The notes under the pieces: model-generated | Databases searched by the model: none | The model's input: the letters and a program-made list of their open reading frames with translations, nothing else | Told to the model about the DNA's origin: nothing | Shown here: positions 59,256-64,000 of the stretch, piece by piece | How the letters are laid out: every line of letters starts with the position of its first letter | How positions within the stretch are numbered: position 1 is the first letter of the stretch | Position numbers and translations under genes: made by a program | Source of the DNA: Candidatus Poribacteria bacterium | GTDB lineage: Bacteria; Poribacteria; WGA-4E; PCPOR2b | Direction: 5' to 3' | NCBI GenBank assembly: GCA_965116925.1 | Contig: OZ220744.1 | Location: 3,136,001-3,200,000 of the forward strand | DNA: 64,000 nucleotides

Positions 59256-60335
59256 CTACTCCTCGATCTCCTCATCTTCTTTCATTTCTCGATGTCGGAG
59301 GTCTTTCGTCAATTGTGACATCAAGACAATTCCACCAACCGCGACGCCGCAGTAGGTCGTAAAGAACCGCGTGATGAGAGCATATAGACCAATTGCCCCG
59401 GAAATTGCCCCAGAGGCAAGGAGTGGCTTCATCAGAATTGCAATTAAAAATTCTGAAATCCCGCTCGCGCCTGGGCTAGGTGCAAATAAGGTCACGAAAC
59501 CGATTATGACCTGAACAGCAATGACATGCCAAAAAGGAGCATCTCCGCCCAAGGCGCGAACAATAACATAGCCACCGACGAACCGGCTCATATAGATACC
59601 TATCGTAAAAACGAAACTCAGAGCGCAGACCAGTTTATGTTCGGTGACAAACATACGGGTGAATGCTTTGTGCTCCATTATCACGTTGTCGAGGGCGCGG
59701 ATCAGACGGTCTAGAATGTTTGCAGCAAGTCGAAATCCACGTCGTCTCGGCAGTTGGATACGGGTTAGAGGAAGCAATACTGTTTCTGGTTTGACGAGCA
59801 AAAGGAGAAAGACAAAAAGGGTAAACGCAAACATCAACAGACTATATTGACTGACAAGCGTAATCGCTTTGGGCAGAAAGGCGGGGGCGCGCTGCACAAC
59901 ATACCCTGTCGAAAGGATGAGAAACGTCAGCGTGCCAATGAAGCTGATGACACCGGTGGTCACAGTTCCTGAGAACGGCACACCCGCCCGATTAAAAATA
60001 TAGAGATGCCCTAGCCCGCCAGTTTGAAATGGTGTGATTCCTCCAATACACAGGGTTGCCAAATTGGCGCGTAGACCATGAAGGAATGTCACGTGCTCTG
60101 ACATCTTCCGAACAAAAATATAGAGACGCGCACCACCTGATAACCAATCGCAGAACATGCACAATACCGCGAGAAGTAAGAACCGCCCGTCCATTGAGCG
60201 TAAGACAACCTCAATATTCGCAGTATCGCTCCGTAAAAAGCTGAGATATAATCCAATAACTGTACATAGAATAAAGAAAAGTATGCCACGAGCAAAATTT
60301 TTCGGATTTAGCGATCTGCTAAAGAACTCTTTCAT
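59256..60335 (-). CDS. Lysylphosphatidylglycerol synthase TM/flippase-like protein
   Basis: ITPFQTGG, PSPGASGISE, multiple TM helices. Confidence 0.82.
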   Translation of the reverse strand: MKEFFSRSLNPKNFARGILFFILCTVIGLYLSFLRSDTANIEVVLRSMDGRFLLLAVLCMFCDWLSGGARLYIFVRKMSEHVTFLHGLRANLATLCIGGITPFQTGGLGHLYIFNRAGVPFSGTVTTGVISFIGTLTFLILSTGYVVQRAPAFLPKAITLVSQYSLLMFAFTLFVFLLLLVKPETVLLPLTRIQLPRRRGFRLAANILDRLIRALDNVIMEHKAFTRMFVTEHKLVCALSFVFTIGIYMSRFVGGYVIVRALGGDAPFWHVIAVQVIIGFVTLFAPSPGASGISEFLIAILMKPLLASGAISGAIGLYALITRFFTTYCGVAVGGIVLMSQLTKDLRHREMKEDEEIEE

Positions 60336-60453
60336 CCACTGTTTCCTTGGTACATACGGATTTCAAAACAGATTGGGGTGCCAACTTTGAATTGATGGAT
60401 TGGAGTATTATAGGGGGCAGGTTTGATAGCAAACTTCAGAGCAATGAAGGCTT

Positions 60454-61020
60454 TTACAAATCAATCCAATACCGAGAAATCAGTTTTCCTGTACTGTTTG
60501 AAATCCCTTGGCTCACCAACTTCCCACCATTTTTCTCAATGACACGTGCAGAACCAATATTATCGGTATCGCAAGTCAGCAACACGCGATTTAGTCTTAA
60601 ATCTCTGGCTTTTTCCAGTGTCAGCGCAAGTATGCGTGTCCCGTAGCCCTTCCGTCGCGCCGAAGGACGAATCACATATCCAATGTGACCACCCTCATGT
60701 TCCAAGGACGTTGTCAACCAATGACGGAGCCGACTTTCACCGATAATCTGATTGTCATTTGCCATAAGCCAGAATGTAGTACTTGGGACGTAACCGGGCT
60801 TGATTCCAATGCTTTGATTTTCTTCATCAAGGCGGCGAATATAGGCAGAAAAGTTATTTTCAATAAGATCGCGATCGTTTTGGAATCGATTTTCACCTGC
60901 TACCCAAGATTCTTTTGCCCAAAATTCTTCTGCCATTGATAGGTACTCAGATTCAAATGCAATAGAGGACTGGATCAATGTTGCTCCCTTGCAATTCATC
61001 ATACCCTTCCTTAGGCACAC
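60454..61020 (-). CDS. GNAT family acetyltransferase
   Basis: GGHIGYVIRPSARRKGYG, N.GSARVIEKNGG. Confidence 0.9.
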   Translation of the reverse strand: MCLRKGMMNCKGATLIQSSIAFESEYLSMAEEFWAKESWVAGENRFQNDRDLIENNFSAYIRRLDEENQSIGIKPGYVPSTTFWLMANDNQIIGESRLRHWLTTSLEHEGGHIGYVIRPSARRKGYGTRILALTLEKARDLRLNRVLLTCDTDNIGSARVIEKNGGKLVSQGISNSTGKLISRYWIDL

Positions 61021-61881
61021 CTACCTGATCTCCAAGTCCAAACGAATATTTAACGGCATTGCTGAATGCGTCAACGCACCAACGGAGATAAGGTTTACAC
61101 CCGTCGCCGCAACGGCTTCAACCTGATCTAATGTAATCCCACCTGATGCCTCAGTGAGAACCTCCTCACCAATCTCTCCAACAGCAGCCTTCATAAAATT
61201 GACCGGCATATTGTCGAGCAATATAATATCCGCTCCTGCCGCCTGTGCTTCTTCAACTTGGTCGAGTGTTTCAACTTCAACTTCAATTTGCATTGTGTGA
61301 GGTACAGCCGCCCGCGCTCGTTCGATTGCCTTTGCAACGCCCCCAGCAGCGACGATGTGATTGTCCTTAATCAGGACACCGTCGTAAAGTCCAAAGCGGT
61401 GGTTATGTCCGCCGCCGAGGCGAACCGCGTACTTTTGCAGAACCCGCCAACCAGCCGTTGTCTTTCGCGTATCGATGATTTTAACATCATACTTGGCTGT
61501 AGCAGCGACAAACTGTGCGGTCAATGTGGCAGTTCCCGAAAGACGTTGCAGAAAGTTGAGCGCAATACGTTCACCGGTGAGGATAGATTTCGCGCTCCCT
61601 TCCACTGTCGCTATTGATGTCATGCTTTCAACGCGATCGCCGTCAGTAACAAGCGTCCGAAAATCAAGGTCCGGATCAATCTTTTCAAAAACACGCTGCA
61701 CAATCGGCAGCCCTGCAATCACACCTTCAGTCTCAGTGAGAATTGTGCCTAACCCTCGCTGCAACGGGGAAACTGTGGCTTCGGTCGTAATATCACCAAT
61801 CCCGATATCCTCTGCAAAGGCTAATTCTATGAGCGGATCGATTAAGCGGAAGTTTAGCATTTCAGGCATTCGATTACGCAT
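61021..61881 (-). CDS. nadC: Nicotinate-nucleotide diphosphorylase (carboxylating)
   Basis: ED...GDIT, ERIALN, DTRKT, LIKDNH, LLDNM, EASGGI. Confidence 0.96.
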   Translation of the reverse strand: MRNRMPEMLNFRLIDPLIELAFAEDIGIGDITTEATVSPLQRGLGTILTETEGVIAGLPIVQRVFEKIDPDLDFRTLVTDGDRVESMTSIATVEGSAKSILTGERIALNFLQRLSGTATLTAQFVAATAKYDVKIIDTRKTTAGWRVLQKYAVRLGGGHNHRFGLYDGVLIKDNHIVAAGGVAKAIERARAAVPHTMQIEVEVETLDQVEEAQAAGADIILLDNMPVNFMKAAVGEIGEEVLTEASGGITLDQVEAVAATGVNLISVGALTHSAMPLNIRLDLEIR

Positions 61882-61891
61882 TTGCTTCGTT

Positions 61892-62473
61892 TTAACTCCA
61901 TAATTCTTCGAGCCGAATCACCAATTCCGGGAACAACGATGGATGAAATTCATCGGTGCTAGCATGAGATGTGCAACGACAGTATCCGTCGGATTGCCAA
62001 ATATACGCCTCTAGTGTTTGAGCAGTCGGGTCAATAATCCAATAATGTGAAACTTTGGCTTCTTGATAGATCTTAAATTTCTGATCTCGATCCGTATTGG
62101 CGGTTGATGGAGAAAGGATTTCAACAATTAAATCTGGCGAACCTTGTACGTTTTCCGCTGTGATAATCTGTAGGCGGTCTTTTGAAACAAACAGCAGATC
62201 CGGCTTCACCAAAATTTCGGGATCAGCATTTTCTGGATCAAGAATAACATCAAAAGGTGCGGCGTAGACTTCCCCAAGTTCGTGTTGGGTCACATGGACC
62301 GATAAAATAACGGATAGCCGGATTGAACACCGTTGATGAACCCGATTCGGGGAAGTACGCACAACTAGCTCTCCTTTCAAAATCTCGTACAAATTATCAT
62401 CATCGGGCAATTTCAGGTAGTCGCTGTATCGAAAAGCCTTTGGCAGAGATTGTATAGCTTGGGGCGTACCCAT
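61892..62473 (-). CDS. Uma2 family endonuclease
   Basis: YEIL.G, PDLLFV, PDLIVEILSPST..D..K..Y, YWIIDP. Confidence 0.9.
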   Translation of the reverse strand: MGTPQAIQSLPKAFRYSDYLKLPDDDNLYEILKGELVVRTSPNRVHQRCSIRLSVILSVHVTQHELGEVYAAPFDVILDPENADPEILVKPDLLFVSKDRLQIITAENVQGSPDLIVEILSPSTANTDRDQKFKIYQEAKVSHYWIIDPTAQTLEAYIWQSDGYCRCTSHASTDEFHPSLFPELVIRLEELWS

Positions 62474-62520
62474 GACAAGCCCCTCCTTCCTCGGTGAATT
62501 GCCTCATCGGTTCGAGCTCT

Positions 62521-62877
62521 TCAAATATACATACCCTGGCGAGGAATCGATTTTTCTTCCGGTTTGCGAATATAGCAGAGGGCATGCTTGAAGATTAAAA
62601 CTTCTGACGCAGGTGCTTCTCCGGAGGTTGTAATACTGATGAGATAAGGGTTCGTCCAGTTAATTTTTCCCTTGACCACACCGTCACCAAGTGTCCCAAA
62701 TTCGAGAACTTCTTCTTTGCTTAACTGGGCTTCAAACTCATCGGTCTCTGATGAAAGCCCCAGTTCTGTATGTAACCGTTGAATCTCTTGTTTGAGTAGA
62801 TTAATATCTTCTCGATTTTGACGAATCTGCGTCTCTAAAACCTCGACATCTGCAAAGCTGATTGCTTCTTTAGGCAT
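62521..62877 (-). CDS. Coiled-coil protein with Hfq/Sm-like C-terminal domain
   Basis: G.VKGKI...Y.I followed by LIFKHALCYI, resembling the Hfq Sm2 motif YKHAI. Confidence 0.55.
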   Translation of the reverse strand: MPKEAISFADVEVLETQIRQNREDINLLKQEIQRLHTELGLSSETDEFEAQLSKEEVLEFGTLGDGVVKGKINWTNPYLISITTSGEAPASEVLIFKHALCYIRKPEEKSIPRQGMYI

Positions 62878-63168
62878 TGCGCGTCAGTGCCCTCCAGCGG
62901 TTAATTGATGCTTGTTGATTATCGAACCAAGCCGTGATATAGATCTGACAGTGCCATACCACAATGGTTTGTCGCGGAAGCAGAAACAAAGAATAGCATC
63001 TCAAGAGATCCTTGTCAAGGGTTTTTAATCTATCTCCGTAGACAGGGCATCTGGTCTCCCCGCCATAGCCCTGACTGGGAGATCGGGTTACGGGGTGTTA
63101 GATGACCCTAATCAAGAGACGTGAGCGGTGCTATTTGAAACCTGTCGTCAAATACTGGATTTTTTTCT

Positions 63169-63477
63169 CAGGGGCATTTATAGTGAATTCAAAAAATAAA
63201 GAAACACTTGTGCCCCCCATGTTTGGTAGGCGCTGTTTCCAACTGCGCCGGTTCGGAGTGTCCCATTAATTCTAAAATCTACTATAGTTTTCGCTTTTTG
63301 ACCGTTCGGGCTGACTCGAACCCGTAAGCGAGGCATCTGGTTTCCTCACCGTTTGTAGTAGCGCAATTCATTGCGCGTTCTTATGCCAACTGTCGATAGC
63401 ATCTTTTATCCGTGTAATCGGTTAATCCGCGTCTATCCGTGATTCAGACAATAATAGGGGAGAATTAAATGACCCTA
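63169..63477. mobile_element. Composite MITE/REP cassette
   Basis: CAGGGGCATTTA...TAAATGACCCTA enclosing a TAGTGAATTC...TCTACTA element and further REPs. Confidence 0.75.
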
Positions 63478-63485
63478 TTTTTTCC

Positions 63486-63514
63486 TTGATAAGCGTTGCC
63501 GATCTTGTTACAAT
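63486..63514 (+). promoter_or_regulatory. Putative sigma70 promoter of the second BMC locus
   Basis: TTGATA-17-TACAAT with extended TG, about 45 bp before the start. Confidence 0.6.
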
Positions 63515-63557
63515 GAAAGACATTTCAAAGTGGCAATTCAACTAGGAGGAAAATAAC

Positions 63558-63830
63558 ATGGGCGAAGCATTAGGATTGATTGAAACAAGAGGTTTAGTTG
63601 GTGCAATCGAAGCAGCAGATGCGATGGTCAAAGCTGCCAACGTAACGCTCGTTAGCAAAGAAGAGATTGGCGGTGGTTTGGTTACCGTCATGGTTCGTGG
63701 TGATGTTGGGGCGGTTCAAGCCGCCGTGGAAGCCGGTGCTGAAGCCGCAAAGGTTGTCGGTGAATTAATCTCTGTGCACGTCATTCCGCGTCCCCACGCA
63801 GAAGTTGAAAATATGTTGACTCGTGGATAA
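63558..63830 (+). CDS. BMC-H shell protein (EutM/PduA-like)
   Basis: [42 protein letters not shown]. Confidence 0.96.
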   Translation: MGEALGLIETRGLVGAIEAADAMVKAANVTLVSKEEIGGGLVTVMVRGDVGAVQAAVEAGAEAAKVVGELISVHVIPRPHAEVENMLTRG

Positions 63831-63952
63831 CTGTCATCCCGAACCCTTCGGCTAGTTCAGGACAGGTGCCCAGTCGATCTGTGCCACAAAGATTGAGAAT
63901 TCGTAGCAGCAGCCTGAGTTTCCTAGCCGCACTATAGATCAAGGAGGTCCGC

Positions 63953-64000
63953 ATGGCAGAAATCAACGAAGCACAGATTGAGGAGATTGTTGCACAAGTT
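63953..64000 (+). CDS. Partial CDS beginning with an encapsulation-peptide-like helix (BMC cargo enzyme)
   Basis: AAGGAGG RBS, MAEINEAQIEEIVAQV. Confidence 0.65.
   Translation, partial: MAEINEAQIEEIVAQV

Overview
This is a bacterial window of moderate GC. The gene repertoire (many PQQ-type beta-propellers, PhyH, ASPIC/UnbV, Uma2, microcompartment genes near ExbB/ExbD) suggests a Poribacteria-like organism; that is an inference only. Main blocks: (1) 0.5-4 kb: a DUF488-DUF488-dual-OB-RecQ operon in which the dual-OB and RecQ genes look like one fused gene split by a 1-nt frameshift. (2) 6-27 kb: a co-oriented minus-strand cluster with an EhpF/GriC-like adenylating enzyme, GriD-like aldehyde dehydrogenase, Fe-ADH, HemN-like radical SAM enzyme, creatininase, TPP enzyme, PhyH dioxygenase and three PQQ-fold propellers. 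It is interrupted by a nucleotidyltransferase pair, an AvaI/BsoBI-type R-M system and an ABC-ATPase/DUF4276 pair. (3) 28-35 kb: oligopeptide ABC components and a CRTAC1-like protein. (4) 36.8-50.7 kb: a BMC shell/PduL/flavoprotein operon, a sigma54-promoter-driven Arg-rich secreted protein, and a large outer-membrane lipoprotein with ExbB-ExbD-ExbD but no TonB, followed by an NtrC-type regulator. (5) 50.8-63 kb: housekeeping and envelope genes, including a PolX lacking the polymerase aspartates, nadC and an Hfq-like ORF; a second BMC locus starts at the window edge. Intergenic DNA is densely filled with GTAG-type REP hairpins carried inside several MITE-like families that nest in one another and show different target duplications. 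I saw no transposase, rRNA, tRNA or CRISPR array. All family calls come from motif recognition, not database searches.
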